Of a stretch of 64,000 nucleotides of DNA, positions 16,701-31,453 are shown piece by piece; positions within the stretch are counted from its first letter, which is position 1, and each line of letters starts with the position of its first letter. Below the pieces are notes generated by a model. The model was not told the origin of the DNA, searched no databases, and saw only the letters and a list, made by a program, of their open reading frames with translations. The stretch is from Eledone cirrhosa (Eukaryota). The DNA is taken from positions 178,746,001 through 178,810,000 of the forward strand of contig OZ024741.1 of assembly GCA_964016885.1 (NCBI GenBank), given 5' to 3'. The translations under genes and the position numbers were made by a program.

Positions 16701-17834
16701 CAAAATATCATGCCCAACCTTGCACTTTGAAAAAGAAATTTCCAAATGCAGATTCCATCTTATGGTCAAGCATGATGTAAGCTGGCCTTTCCAATAAATT
16801 ACTTCATGCGTTCTGGCTGTACTATTTCTAGTTTTATGTTAGCTTATTTGTCCCGTCATCTGTAATGTGTTAGATTAAGTCAAAAATAAGATATGTTTAC
16901 TGTTTCTAGAAGGCCGAGCAACAATGTAACACTGCCATAAGCTGCTTGCATCCTTAAGCAATCCACCACCCTACTGTACCTATACACCACAGTCATTGCC
17001 TGCTAAGACTTGGTAATTTTCCAAGCTGGGCTAGATTTTTGTTGTTTGTTTTTCGGCGGTGGGAGCTGCTCATCGCAAGGAAAGCAATAAAGCTACTAAA
17101 ATACAAGGGGTTACTGAGAAGGGAAAAGGTCAAGACTTACAGAACATAATTCAAATAGAGAGAACATGACGATTGATGTTGCTTTTGCATATTTGCAAAG
17201 TGTGGTTGCCAGGAAAGCAAGAAACTATGTTTCATTCACTCGGCTAACGTACTGTGTTCACTAAGCTAAATGCGCACATCCGCATATATATACATATTTT
17301 GTATACACTTACATATTTTTGTGCATGTGTGCATGTATGCATATATACAGGCGTATAAATACGCGTGTATACATATTTATATGTATGTATATATTTTTGC
17401 ATGCATTATATATGCTTGCATGCGCGTATGAATGTATGTATCTATGAGTACGCATGTATGTATGTGAACATATGAGTACGCATGTATGTTTGTGAACATA
17501 TATGCATGTGTGTATATAAGTGTAAATGCTTTGCATATATTTATGCCTTTGTATCTGCGCATGAATGTATGCATATGTTTACGCAAATATATGCGTGTGT
17601 GTCTGGTGCATGTAAATGTGTATGCATGTGAGTGTTGGTATGTACAATTATTGCAGGATGCTTTGATCTCTTACTACATGTACCCCTTGAACGAGATCTA
17701 CAACCTTCTTTTGTTTTCTAAAATTTCTCTGGCTTGTTCCGGAAATGTCCTGAAGTAAGGCATAAGCATAACAACTTCCTGTTTCCGGACCCCTAATATA
17801 TAGGCCCTTTTCTGGCTCTGTAAAATGCATGGCC

Positions 17835-18315
17835 ATTGTTATGGTTGTGGTTGTAGTGGTTGGTGGTTGTGCTTGTAGTAATGGTTGTGGCAGTTGTGAT
17901 GGTTGTTCTTCTTGTTTGAGTGGTGGGTGTTGTTGTGGTTGTGGTGGTTGTTTTGGTTGTGGTAGTGGTGGCTGTGGTTGTGGTGGTTGTTGTGGATGTT
18001 GTGGCTGTTGTGGTGGTTGTGGTTGTGGTGGCTGTTGTGGTGGTTGTGTTTGTTGCGGTTGTGGTTGTTTTGGCCGTTGTGGTTGTGGTGGTTGTTGTGG
18101 TTGATGTTGTTGTGATTGCGGTAGTTGTTGCGGTTGTGGTGGCTGTTGTTTTAGGAGGAGGATTATGGTGGTAAATGTGTTTGCGTTTGTTTCTATTTGT
18201 TGTTGTTATTGCTGCAGGTTTTGTTATTGTTCCTGTTGTTGTTGTCACTAATATTATATTTGCTGTTGTTGTTGCTATTGTTGCTGTAATATTGTTGTTA
18301 TTGTTCTTATCGTTG
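17835..18315. repeat. Degenerate (GTT/GTG)n repeat
   Basis: Direct reading. Confidence 0.9.
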
Positions 18316-18629
18316 TTGTCCTTGGTGTTTACAATAGGTCGTTCATTGTCGAGTAGCGTTAAGATCAAATCCCTTCCAACTAGGTTTATGCTATTTTTCA
18401 CAAATATTGTATCTAGCATTACATTCTTTAGTATTTTAAGAACAATTTGCGTAAAATTTCGTTGTCACTAGTAACAAGTTGAATGATAACATGGGGGTTC
18501 ATGCATTTCTGCTGTTGTTCAAACCCGACGGCGATGGTTTTGCCTTTCAGCATTTCAAATTCAATACGAAGAAGTATATAAATATACGTATGCTCCCTTG
18601 GCCAAAATGTCTAACATTGTGCTAATATA

Positions 18630-19010
18630 ATTGTTTCTACTTTTGGAACAAGGCCAGCAATTAACCAGTACATTACTGGTACTTTATTTTATCGACCCCG
18701 TAAGGATGAAAGGCAAAGTTGACCTCGGCGGGATTTGAACTCAGAATGGAAAGGGCCGTAACTCTATGCGTCAAAGCATGACGTCTGACCCTCTACCGAT
18801 ACTGCCAAACCACCGCCCTTTGTGCTAATATAATTGTTTCTACTTTAGGCACAAGGCCAGCAAATACCCAGTGCATTACTGGTACTTTATTTTATCGACC
18901 CCGTAAGGATGAAAGGCAAAGTCAACCTCGGCGGGATTTGAACTCATCGTAAAGGGACGAAACTATGCTAGAAAGCATGGCGTCCGACCCTCTACCGATA
19001 CTGCCAATCC
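18630..19010 (-). mobile_element. Two tandem SINE copies
   Basis: Reverse complement of the consensus; ttgtgctaatataa is repeated at the junctions. Confidence 0.9.
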
Positions 19011-19611
19011 AAATGCCGGCGGGACATTGTTTGCGGTAAAAGGATTGGGTCTGGTGCTTATTGATTAGTGCCAGGCCTGTGAATGTTGGAAAAGATGAAT
19101 CTCACTCAGAAATGGACTGAGAGGAAGTGGTCTTTGATAGATTGTGTGGAAAAGGCTTAGGTCTACACGGGTTCAGTAGTGTATTAGTGATTAAGTAGCA
19201 TGTCTTTTCTCAGCAAATATCTGAACAGATTAGAGCATATGCTCTTTCACTTCTTAAGGAAGAACAGATTATGCATACCAGGAGATTGATGTGCTGCCTA
19301 TGCCTCCGACATTACGCTCTCAAGATGCTTTTGTTGATGATGGACAGGAGATTGATTTGTTGCCAAAATCTACCAAAGGTGCTGATATTGATCTGCTGCC
19401 AACTTCCGCGACAAGCGTTTCTCGAGATACCATGCGCGAAGGATAACACATCTGCTGAGATTTCTGGACTATATCGGTAGCAACAACGACCACGGCAAGG
19501 GTGACTAGTTGTGCTTGCCTTTCTTGTGTATGTGTGCATGTATGTATGTATGTATGTCGGCCATCCCAAAATGTGAAAATATGTATATACATATATACAT
19601 GTGTATGTATT

Positions 19612-19697
<86 letters not shown>

Positions 19698-20935
19698 GTA
19701 TATATGTACATATGTATATATATATATATGTACATATGTATATATATGCGCGGGGACATAGAAATATCGGGCTGGATACCCAATCACGCGGTTAAACCAC
19801 TGGGAGTGAAGGACCTATAGCCTTTGTCAGGGCATTCTTCTAGGAATAGGCAACTCAGGAAACTGGGATAACACCGACATAAAACCTGTGGCTCAGTAGT
19901 TTCCGATAATGTTGATCTTTTCTTCTTTTCGGCTTATAGCTACTGTCGCTCAAAGAGTGGGATTGGCTCAGTGCACAGTCTTTCCTCACTTTAAAAAAAA
20001 TCTTCACGCACAGGCATTGCACGATAACATTAACTAATAATTATTAATAATGTTATATCGTGCTATGGCCATACTCGATAACGAGGGGGCATCATGTATG
20101 TATGTATGTATGTATGTATGTATGTATGTATGTATGTATGTGTGTATGTATGTATGTATGTATGTATGTATGTATGTATGTATGTATGTATGTATGTGTG
20201 TATTTATGTATGTATGTGTTTATGTATGCACGAAGGCGCGTGACTTAGTGGGTACGGCGTTTGGCTCATGAACGTCAGATCAGGTGTTCCATTCTTAACA
20301 GTATATTTTGTTATTCAGCAAGACACTTTATTTCAGCTTACTCTAGGTCATTCAACTAAAAAATGTTTTACACATGTTAGCCTTTTCAAATATTGTGACA
20401 GGCTGCATCTTCCGAAGAACTATATTATAGATACGTGTTTCCGTCAGTTGACCAACTACTTGGACGTTAATTTTACGAGCAGGCACTATCGTTGTACAAG
20501 CAATCTGAACAATAGTCTTCGGAGCAAAGGGTGGTGTATACAAAAATGTATATATGAATGTATATATGGATGCATATGTGTGCGTACGCATGAATTCATG
20601 TATACATGTAAGTGTGTGTGTATGTATATTTTTACGCAGTCATTACAAATACTCAGGTTGCGCCTCGATGCACAATAAACCATTTGAAGGCGGAAAACGA
20701 ATTATGAATATTAGTTTGCAAGTAAGGTCTACTAGAAGGAACTCTGCTATTTTAACTGTGATTAAAAATTCTCCAGTCATCTTGACCTATCTTGCTCTTG
20801 TTTATTACAAGCAAAGCTATGTCACTATGGTGCAAACAAAATGCCATATCAAACGTTGACCGTGTATATATATATATATATATATATATACACGGTTCAA
20901 CGTTTGATATGGCATTTTTTTGTTTGCACCATAGT

Positions 20936-20966
<31 letters not shown>

Positions 20967-21280
20967 CGTTTCTGAATTTGTTTAGCAAGATTCTTTATCT
21001 GAAAACGTGTGTTGAAACCAATATTGTTATACTTTGGGAAGGTCATGTTGCCAATAAGAAACACACGCACCAGTTGCTTTCACTCCAATTTATTATAAAT
21101 TAAATTTATAAATTTAAGAATTTATAAATTTCCAGTTCGTTGGTTGGTTCCACAACCGAACGGTTGTTCATATATTGTCAAAGTTCGTCACACATGCTGT
21201 GACCTCTTCAGTGACTGGGGATTCTTCTCTTTGTTTTGTGCCTCTCCTTTGTTCTGTCCTACGCCATCTTGTTTTTGTGT

Positions 21281-21359
<79 letters not shown>

Positions 21360-21603
21360 TAATGGCTATGAAAGTTCCCCTCAGAGGCATAAATCCATGC
21401 ATACTACTCTCCCCTCTCGATGCCATCGCTATTGCCCAAGGGAAAGGCAAAGGCCGCATACAGTTTGGCACCAGTGACGGCGCAACTTATTTCTACAGTT
21501 GGAGCAAAGTGAAATGATGTGTCTTGCTCAAGGACACCCGGTCTGAGAATCGAACTCACAACCCCACGTTTGCAAGCCAGATGATCTACCTAGTATATAC
21601 ACA

Positions 21604-21658
<55 letters not shown>

Positions 21659-22082
21659 ATACGTTTTTACATTAAATGCTGATTTACGAATGTTTCGTCC
21701 CCTTCCTGAGACTTGTCAAAATCAGTTATTTCAGATTAAAAACCTCATTATAACCTCACCAAAACACTCGACAGCCAGCAGCCAGAGAAAATGTTTACAT
21801 TTAAAGAATCCCAAATGACGGCATTTAATGTAAGAACATATTTGGTGTCTATTTTAATGAATAATTTGTTTCATGCGTAATTATTATTTTTAGCACAATA
21901 CGATTTTGTATTCATACGTTTTTGGAAAATTCTTCCAAAGAAGTATGAAACAGCCTTTTGTACTGCCTATCATAATAAATTTCTCTATTTTGAGCTGATT
22001 TTAACTTCTCCAGCTATGTTTCTAATTTTTTATATTGTTTTTGTAAAAAAACGATATCTATTTCATACATATATATATATAT

Positions 22083-22166
<84 letters not shown>

Positions 22167-22329
22167 TAGCTAGGAAACAATATTTCCGTTGGCTTTTCCA
22201 AATGCTATGTATATATATGACACGAACACACATCTTTAGTTATATATATATATATATATATATAAGCACATGTTACTACTTAATTTTCAAATTCACTAGC
22301 TGCTTATAAACAAAGCCTGCTTTGTGTCT

Positions 22330-22382
<53 letters not shown>

Positions 22383-22652
22383 TAATAATAAAATTGAAGA
22401 CTAAAATCCAAAGAGGGCTCGCGTAATTGTTTTTCACCGCTCCTATTAATGACGTATTATTCGTTTTTTCCCGTTCTTTGCCAGCGAACATTACCACGAA
22501 CCAAAGTATCGTCTTCCTGTCTTCCTCCGGTTGCAACGTTTTTTGAAATATCCAGTTCTGCGTTTACAGATTGACTTTGTTAGTTTCGGAAGATCCTGTT
22601 AAGGGTGAAAGCAGCGATTCTTTGCTTAAACTTTAATCTGTATTTTAATAAA

Positions 22653-22731
<79 letters not shown>

Positions 22732-23573
22732 ATAATAATAAATTTGAAGACTAAAATCCAAAGAGGGCTCGATAAGGATAAATATATATCAAATATATAA
22801 GAACCGTAGAGCAAATATTTATTAAAATAACAGATTAAAGTCTAAGCAAAGAATCGCTGCTTTCACCCTTAACGGGATCTTCTGAAACTAACAAAGTCAA
22901 TCTGTAAACGCAGAAGTGGATATTTCAAAAAACGTTGCAACAGGAGGAAGACAGGAAGACGATACTTTGGTTCGTGGAAACGTTCCCTGGCAAAGAACGG
23001 GAAAAAAACAAATATAATACGTCATTAATAGGAGCGGTGAAAAACAATTACGCGTAAAGACAGAACCACGTTTATGGTATAAAAGAAGTCGTAGACTAAT
23101 GTTCTCTTAGGTGGTTCATAGAGACGTTCTCTGGCAATGAACGGGGAAAACGAAGATAATACGTCATATGTGGAGCGTGGAGAATAATTGCACGCAAAGA
23201 TAAAACCACGTAAATGGTATAACTGAAGTCGTAGACTAAAATTCTAACTAGGAAGCCGAATGAATCTCCGCTTCAGAGTTAAGAATAAAGTAAATAAAAT
23301 ACAATACAGAGGTAATAGAAATTAAAATACATACACGCATGCAAATACGTACATACACAAGCATACGCGAAAACACTTGCCATAGGTATACAAAACCACG
23401 CACATATAAATATGTGTGTGTGTGCGTGTATACAAATAAATAGATAATTAAATAAACGTATATAAATATTTGCCAGGGAACGTTTCCACGAACCAAAGTA
23501 TCGTCTTCCTGTCTTCCTCCGGTTGTAACGTTTTTTGAAATATCCACTTCTGCGTTTACAGATTGACTTTGTT

Positions 23574-23624
23574 AGTTTCAGAAGATCCCGTTAAGGGTGA
23601 AAGCAGCGATTCTTTGCTTAAACT
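23574..23624 (+). ncRNA. Hammerhead-like motif (CAGAAGA variant)
   Basis: agttt-CAGAAGA-t-ccc-gttaa-ggg-t-GAAA-gca...tgc-TT-aaact. Further copies at ~22582-22632 (+, CGGAAGA) and ~22839-22879 (-). Confidence 0.55.
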
Positions 23625-23640
23625 TTAATCTGTTGTTTTA

Positions 23641-23728
<88 letters not shown>

Positions 23729-24219
23729 TATATATATATACTATATATATATACTATATATATATACTATATATATATACTATATATATATACTATATAT
23801 ATATACTATATATATATACTATATATATATATATACTATATATATATATACTATATATATACTATATATATATACTATATATATACTATATATATATACT
23901 ATATATATACTATATATATATACTATATATATACTATATATATATACTATATATATATACTATATATATATACTATATATATATATATATATATGCTATA
24001 TATATATAACAAAGAAAGTGTGGTAAGAAACCAGGTGGATCATAACGCACCAGAGTACTCGATACTTACTTGTGGTAGTAAAGTGGATAATAGAAAAAGA
24101 ATTAGGCCCCCGACAGCTGAGTTCCGGCCGTTTGGACAGCTAGATCCGCTGTCGAAACGGCCGAAGCTCAGCTGTCGGGGTCCTGACTCTTTTCATATAT
24201 ATATGTTTGTGTGTGTATG

Positions 24220-24251
<32 letters not shown>

Positions 24252-25213
24252 CGTGCATGTTGATTAACTTATTATGCAATCTACACATGATAATGTCGCA
24301 AACGTATTACGTAATGGTGGCATTATGTGCTAGGCCATTGAAATGTGTATAGGTATTTTGCGCCATTAAAACTTTAAAGGAATATTTCCAGTCCAGCCTT
24401 CTTTTGTTTTTAATGTTTATTTAATTCTGTTCCTGTACCAGGGTACAGGATACCAAATTGTTGGATTAGTTGCATAACGTAGTATGTTTTTCTCACTATA
24501 ACATCATGGTTTGCTAACCGCAATGACCAATTCTGAGAAAGAATGAGAAATAAAATAGAATGAGAAATAATATATATATGTGTGTGTGTGTGTATTTATA
24601 TACATGTATGTATATATGTATGTATATATGTATGTATACATGTATATAGATAGGGAGAGATGACCCCTTAGCCTTTGTCAAGGCAGAATTCTAGGAGAAG
24701 GAAAACTCTGATATAACACCTGCAACCCTGGTGGTATCCAATGATGTTGACTTGTTCTTCTTTTTGGTAAATATCATCTTCGTTAAGAGAGTGGGACTGC
24801 CTTTGCTCACTATAAAAGCTTCACGGCACAGGCATTGCTTTATATCTGGAGATCTCTCTGCACTTGTCGTCACATGGTACCATGGGCCCAGCACTATGTG
24901 TCAATAATTGTCACAAGTGTAGTGTTTGTACCAGAGTTTTCAAGTCCCTGGCTGGACTAAAAAGTCACACTCGTTCAGCGCATCGGTAGGGGTTCTCCTA
25001 CATGGATATAAAGTAGTGACCGTACTCGAAAACGAGTTGGCAGCCACCATATATATATATATGTATGTGTATATATATATATATATGTATATGTATGTAT
25101 ATATATATATGAATGTATATTTATATGTATGTATACATATATATGTATCTATAGATATCTATGTATAGATATATATGTATGTATACATATATATGTATGT
25201 ATAGATATGTATG

Positions 25214-25270
<57 letters not shown>

Positions 25271-25436
25271 AATGAATAATAACAGGTAGACATCATAAAA
25301 AGGTAATTTATTCCGTGTGCTTACAAGTGTTTCCACGGTGGTACTGCAGCCTAGTTATGCTACGTGCAAATTCACAAGTACTTGCAGAACTCAAATATCC
25401 AATGCTGTGACCACTGTTTCCTCAGAAATCCTATAC

Positions 25437-25490
<54 letters not shown>

Positions 25491-26149
25491 AAATTAAGAT
25501 AAATTGAATTAAATTAAATTAAATCAAATTAAATTAAGGGTGTCCTGTCAGATAGACATGCGCCATATCACCCGTAAAATATGCTCCAAGATTCTAATGA
25601 GTAGATCCGAGCATTTTATATCAACTAGAAATTGATTGGCATATAATTAAACATATGAAACAATCACAGGGGATAATTTGTAAAAGTGTGCAAGCACACA
25701 TAGCTAGGTAGGTAACTAAATAAAGTTTAACTAGAATTTCAAAAATAGATACCTTATAATTTGATTAAAATTCCTGGTATATATTCCATTAAAGAAATAT
25801 ATTTCGCCACTGGGACGAAGCTGGTATGATGTGTGTATTTTTAGTGGATACAGCACGTGTTACTGACCAGCCGCTGATTTGAACTTGATGCGTAAACACA
25901 GATCGCTGGATCTCTTCCTTGTTGAAAATTCAGGACCTGGCAACTGTCGTTTGCCAATCGATTAATTGGTGAAATATATTTCTTTAATGGAATATATACG
26001 AGGAAGATTAATCAAATTATAAGGTATCTATTTTTGAAGTTCTAGTTAAAACTTTATTTAGTTACCTACCTAGCTATGTGTGCTTGCACACTTTTACAAA
26101 TTATCCCCTGTGATTGTTTCATATGTTTAATTATATGCCAATCAATTTC

Positions 26150-26225
<76 letters not shown>

Positions 26226-27493
26226 CTAAGACCGCCAACTTGAACCTATATCCACCTATAACAAAGTAAAGCTATCCAAGAGCTCAAGGTAACACGAACC
26301 TGAATGCGACAACAGTTTACAGATTCGTACGGCACGTATATATGTTTGTATGTATATATACATATGTGCTCTTTGTTTTGTAATTGTTTTATGATGTTGT
26401 TATTGTTGTTGCCGATTCCTCTGATCTATGTTCAAAATAACATAACCTACTCAATGTCTCCTTCCTTTTTTTGACAAAAACACCTATTTGCTTGCTATTT
26501 CTAGCATTTCTTTCCACCATCTATAGACTGAAACATTGGCTGAAGGAATAAGTATCATTAATGGGTTAGTATCGATTCCATCGATCTAGTGTCTCACTTA
26601 CGCAAATTATCTTTGTGTCTGGTCTCAAGAAGTTTGGATTAAAAGCAAAAAGTCAGTCGGCTCCCAGAAAACTGAGAAGACAAAGATTTTGTTGACTATA
26701 CAAGCACTCAACAAATACTAGCTTTGTGACTCGTCAAAATATAGCCGTTTAGTTGCGGCGTCGGTGATAGCGGTGACAATAATCGCAGTAGTGGTGGTGC
26801 TGGTGGTGGTGGTGGTGGTAGTGGTAAGCGCCTTAAAGTATGTGCAACAGGGCTGTTTTATGAGTGTCGTTTACGGTGTTTATTCACTTAGATTTGCTCC
26901 CGTAACGCCTACCAATTCTCTTAGTAATGTACATAAAAATTGCAGCATCACAAACGTTGCCTCACTATAAATTTTCGATATTGATCTATTTGCATGCGCA
27001 CTTATACACACTTATACACACTCTTACATACACACACACGCACGCACACACACATATATATAAATAAATATATATATATATATATATGCACGCACGCACA
27101 CATACACATACATTCCCACACATTAATACACATTTGTTGTTGCGAAACAAGCCTAGATTCCAACGATGAATGTTCCACACTTTCAGAACAACAACAGAGC
27201 CTTCTCTTCGCCAAGCACTCCACAGACACACGTGCACCCTCGGTGTAGTTTTCAGGAAGATCCAGCGTGACACAGTATATGAAAAAGCTGGCCTTTTGCA
27301 TTACAGGTACAACTCATTAGTGCCAGCTAAGTAGACTGGAGCAACGTGAAATAAAGTATTTTGCTCAAGGATACGATATGACAATATAAATCTAACCCAC
27401 GACCATACAATTGGGAACCCAATACTCTAAACACCGAGCCACAAGCCTACACATACACACATACATACATACATACATACATACATACATACA

Positions 27494-28100
27494 TGGTGGC
27501 TGCCAACTCGTTTTCGAGTACGGCCACTACTTTATATCCATGTAGGAGAACCCCTACTGATGCGCTGAACGAGTGTGACTTTTTAGTCCAGCCAGCGACT
27601 TGAAAGCTCTGGTACAAACACTACACTTGTGACAATTATTGACACATAGTGCTGGGCCCATGGTACCATGTGACGACAAATGCAGAGAGATCTCCAGATA
27701 TAAAGCAATGCCTGTGCCGTGAAGCTTTTATAGTGAGCAAAGGCACTGCACAAAGCCAGTCCCACTCTCTTAACCAAGATGATATTTACCAAAAAGAAGA
27801 ACAAGTCAACATCATTGGATACCATCAGGGTTGCAGGTGTTATATCAGAGTTTTCCTTCTCCTAGAATTCTGCCTTGACAAAGGCTAAGGGGTCATCTCT
27901 CCCGGTGATTTTGGATGGCCATTGACTCTTAAGAGCTCCTTTGCCTTTTGACAGGTTTTGTTTTTAGTCCTGCAGGATGTCCAAAGTCACCCTCCTCACC
28001 AAGAAACCTTGGTGGGGTTGCCAGTTTAGTCGCCAACGACCCGACCATGGGACAGGTTGTACTGGAATACATGTTACCAGTAGCACCAACTGGTGACCTG
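27494..28100 (-). mobile_element. ~600-bp non-coding retroposon embedded in (ATGT)n; RTE-5'UTR-like motifs
   Basis: Near-identical copies at 24653-25049 and 42355-42881 (+) share the 3' end cgagttggcagc(c/t)accat; 5' ends are variably truncated; contains ctaggagaaggaaaactctga. Confidence 0.8.
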
Positions 28101-28115
28101 ACATACATACATACA

Positions 28116-28147
<32 letters not shown>

Positions 28148-28603
28148 CATACATATATAACCAAAAGTTAAAAAAGGTTCATTAATTAATCAATGAATAT
28201 AGTTTTACAATAGATTAGAAGCACTCAACAGTTAGTTTTCTAGAGTTATTAATATTAATTCAAAGTATTAATAAATGTAGACATTCACTTAATCAAAGTA
28301 TATTTTATTATATATATTTCGAAGGTTCTGTGCTGTTTTTTCAGTACGTCCTCATCAGATAAAATACATAAATTGATGTATGACATACCTCAACTGTGCT
28401 GATGGTTCAATTCCAGTCTTGACTGCCAAAAAGGCGACGATGGTTGCCTGAACATTGTACGGCGTAATTCGGGCTGTTTGTTTACAAACAAACCGAACAT
28501 TATAATAAATGTACATATATATATGTGTGCATGTATGTATATATATACATACTACTGTACGTCTGTATACATATATGTATGTACATATACATACATACTT
28601 ACA

Positions 28604-28645
<42 letters not shown>

Positions 28646-29182
28646 CGAAAACCACTCCAAACCAAACATTATTATTCCTGACAATATTATAATAATATGA
28701 CCCTCCCCAAATATAACAATATTTGTTTCTCACACGATTTCATATCAACACCTTGCAAAACCAAATATATATATATATATATATATAGGAAATTGTTCAA
28801 GATCCCGACGGCAGAGCTCAAGCCGTTTCGACTATTTCTTGCCTAAATTAGATTCTGGACTAAAAAGAAAAATCTAATTTAGTCCAGAAATAGCCGTCGA
28901 GACGGCTTGAGCTCTGCCGTCGTGGTCTTGAACAATTTCCTATTACCCACTCTACTACCCTAAGTAGCGAGTACTCTGGTGCGTTATGGTCCACCTGGTT
29001 CCTTACCACACTTCCTTCGTTATATATATATATATATATATATGGGATAAAGAGGTTTCCTTAGTTAGGTGGCGAGTTCGCGGGAATTCCTATGCAAGTT
29101 AATCTTGGAGTAATAATAGTGAAAGAGTGAAGAATAAAATGGTCAACAGTACAAAAAGGGTTTTATTTACAGTATTAACAAT

Positions 29183-29288
29183 TATTCCGATGATTTGATT
29201 AGGTATACATTGTATTTAAGATTGAGTGACACAACTTCGAGTGATTACCAATCTTTCGATATCCTAATCAATGAAACAATTGTTAATA
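29183..29288 (+). ncRNA. Minimal hammerhead-like motif (CCGATGA variant)
   Basis: tatt-CCGATGA-t-ttgattagg...cctaatcaa-t-GAAA-caattg-TT-aata: 9-bp stem II and palindromic stem III. Confidence 0.6.
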
Positions 29289-29543
29289 CTGTAAATAAAA
29301 CACTTTTTGTACTGTTGACCATGTTATTCCTTCACTATATATATATATAACGAAGGAAATGTGGTAAGGAACCAGATGGACCATAACGCACCAAAGTACT
29401 CAATACTTAGAGTAGTAGAGTGGGTAATAGGAACAAGTATGACCCCGACGGCAGAGCTCAAGCCGTTTCGACGGCTAGTTCTGGACGTCCAGAATTAGCC
29501 GTCGAAACGGCTTGAGCTCTGCCGTCGGGGTAATACTTGTTCC

Positions 29544-29577
<34 letters not shown>

Positions 29578-29599
29578 TGCTAAAATATACCGACTGATG

Positions 29600-30960
29600 T
29601 TACGATAGGATACTCTGGAAGAGTTTGAAATCCGCCGAGATTATTCAGCCTTGGTAAGTTCAGATCTAGATTTTACACATTAGACATAGCTTTGTAGTGT
29701 ATATAACGGTTTAGCTACCCTCAACATGGACGGACATAATTAAGATTAAAACATTTTTTGAGATCTAATTAATGCCTTAAATAATTAAGACAGTATATAC
29801 TCAACACAATAACAGATAATTTCGTAGACCTAATCATAGACCCCAACACAAATGATTATACAGCATCCAACAAACAAAAGGAACACATCATTTACATCAA
29901 CGTTTGTAAAATCCGTCACCAGCGTTGGTAGAAAGATCTCCAGTGTCAGCTCAGATAAAAGACATTCCATTCGGCTTCGAAACATTATAACAAACATTGG
30001 TCATTAACGCATTTAGATAAAACATTAATTTCGCCTACAAACCTAAACTCGCTCTTGTTTTGGAACAATGCCAGCAAAAATCTCAGTGCATTACTGGTTC
30101 TTTATGTTATCGACCCCGTAAGAATCGGCGGGATTTGAACTCAGAACGTAAAGGACAATAACTATGCTGCAAAATAATGAGAACGTCAGTTATATTATTA
30201 AATCCCTCAAATTTCTTGAATATTTTCAAAATCATTTGAAAATCATGACGTCTGACCCCCTACCGATGCTACCAACCAAATTCCACAAAAAAAAAAGACG
30301 TAGACTTTATTTAATCGTATTCAGCCCTCCGTGTAGCCTCAAAGTGGATATCACCAAAACATTCTAAATCTGGTCTAATATCCCCACAAGACACCAATAC
30401 TCTACACTATTTAACTAGAACAACTTAAAATTAGCCACTGTTGTATTACCAACATGAAGAAAATCTTTAGAGGTAGCATGGGCCAATACCGCCAAATAGG
30501 CACCCCAATCCACTTAATTAGCCAAAGAATCCACAAACCAATTCGACGAATAGTTATCCAAGTATGTCCATCAAATTACAGTGCAGGGGAAATAGCCGCA
30601 ACTGCTAAAATAAAGAGCTATGTAAAGCTGAATCACTAATTCACCAAGCTATAGTGTTATTCGCAGAAGTCACACAAATTCCTGGGGTAGCTTGCTTTAA
30701 GAGTCATTACTTAAATCATTATTCAACATTATAGAGAAAACATACAGCACAGTAATATAAAGCCACGTATATCATATGAAACATCACAACTTTAATGTCA
30801 CCTGGTTTACTTCAGAAAAGACTTCACTTCCCGTTACAATTTATCTGACCTCTCTAATAAGGAAACATACTCTATCCTCAACAAATAAATAAACACTTCA
30901 CAAATAAAATAAAATTTAATTTCCAAGTGTCCTCATGAAATCAAGTTTTTTCGTCACAAA
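29600..30960 (+). pseudogene. Old, heavily decayed PLE (RT thumb to GIY-YIG), interrupted by a SINE
   Basis: Remnant peptides NFVDLIIDPNTNDY..NKQKEHIIYINV, VGRKISSVSSDK, RRRLYLIVFSPPCSLKV, LFN*NNLKISHCCITNMKKI and LISKCPHEIKF match PLE consensus-type motifs (FLD..., WFNPP, NRNN.K.SY.C..NM, ISKC.H). Confidence 0.7.
30060..30278 (-). mobile_element. SINE copy nested in the decayed PLE
   Basis: tcgaccccgtaag, ggcgggatttgaactcag, ctaccgatgct. Confidence 0.8.
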
Positions 30961-31453
30961 TCTCAAAAGAATTATCGAAACAGATTATACAAACGTAAAC
31001 ACTCGAAAATCAGAGATCCGTAAATTAGCATGAAGGAACAAACACTGCACATCAAAGAAGCGACAACACACACAGACACACACACACTTACACATACACA
31101 CACACACTTACACACACACACAGACTCGCACAGCACACTTACACATACAAAAAGAATAACAAAATCACTCACACTGATATAACATTATAGATATAACATT
31201 ATAAATACACATGCATAGAAATTATATTTACACATGCACCTAGCAAATATACACACACAATCTAATTCCACACATGCACACACTCACACAGAAATGTGTT
31301 TCCCATTTGCTCTCAATTTTGTTGTTTACATTCTTTTCTCTATCTTCTTGCAGTAAATTTCAAATTGAAAAAAACCTTACTTTTTCTTCAGTCATTAGCT
31401 CGATTTTGTTTTGTGTTGATGTTTCTTCTCGTCCCTCGGGAGTTATAAGGATC

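Noticed and set aside
22950-23002. Second hammerhead-like fold (caggaaga-cga..tcg-tgGAAA-cgttc..gaacg)
   Set aside because: Lacks the CUGA box, the NUH triplet and stem I, and lies antisense to the family's better motif.
28010-28100. HDV-like ribozyme at the 5' end of the 600-nt element
   Set aside because: P2, P4 and a CTAA-like junction can be drawn, but I could not build a convincing P1/P3/L3.
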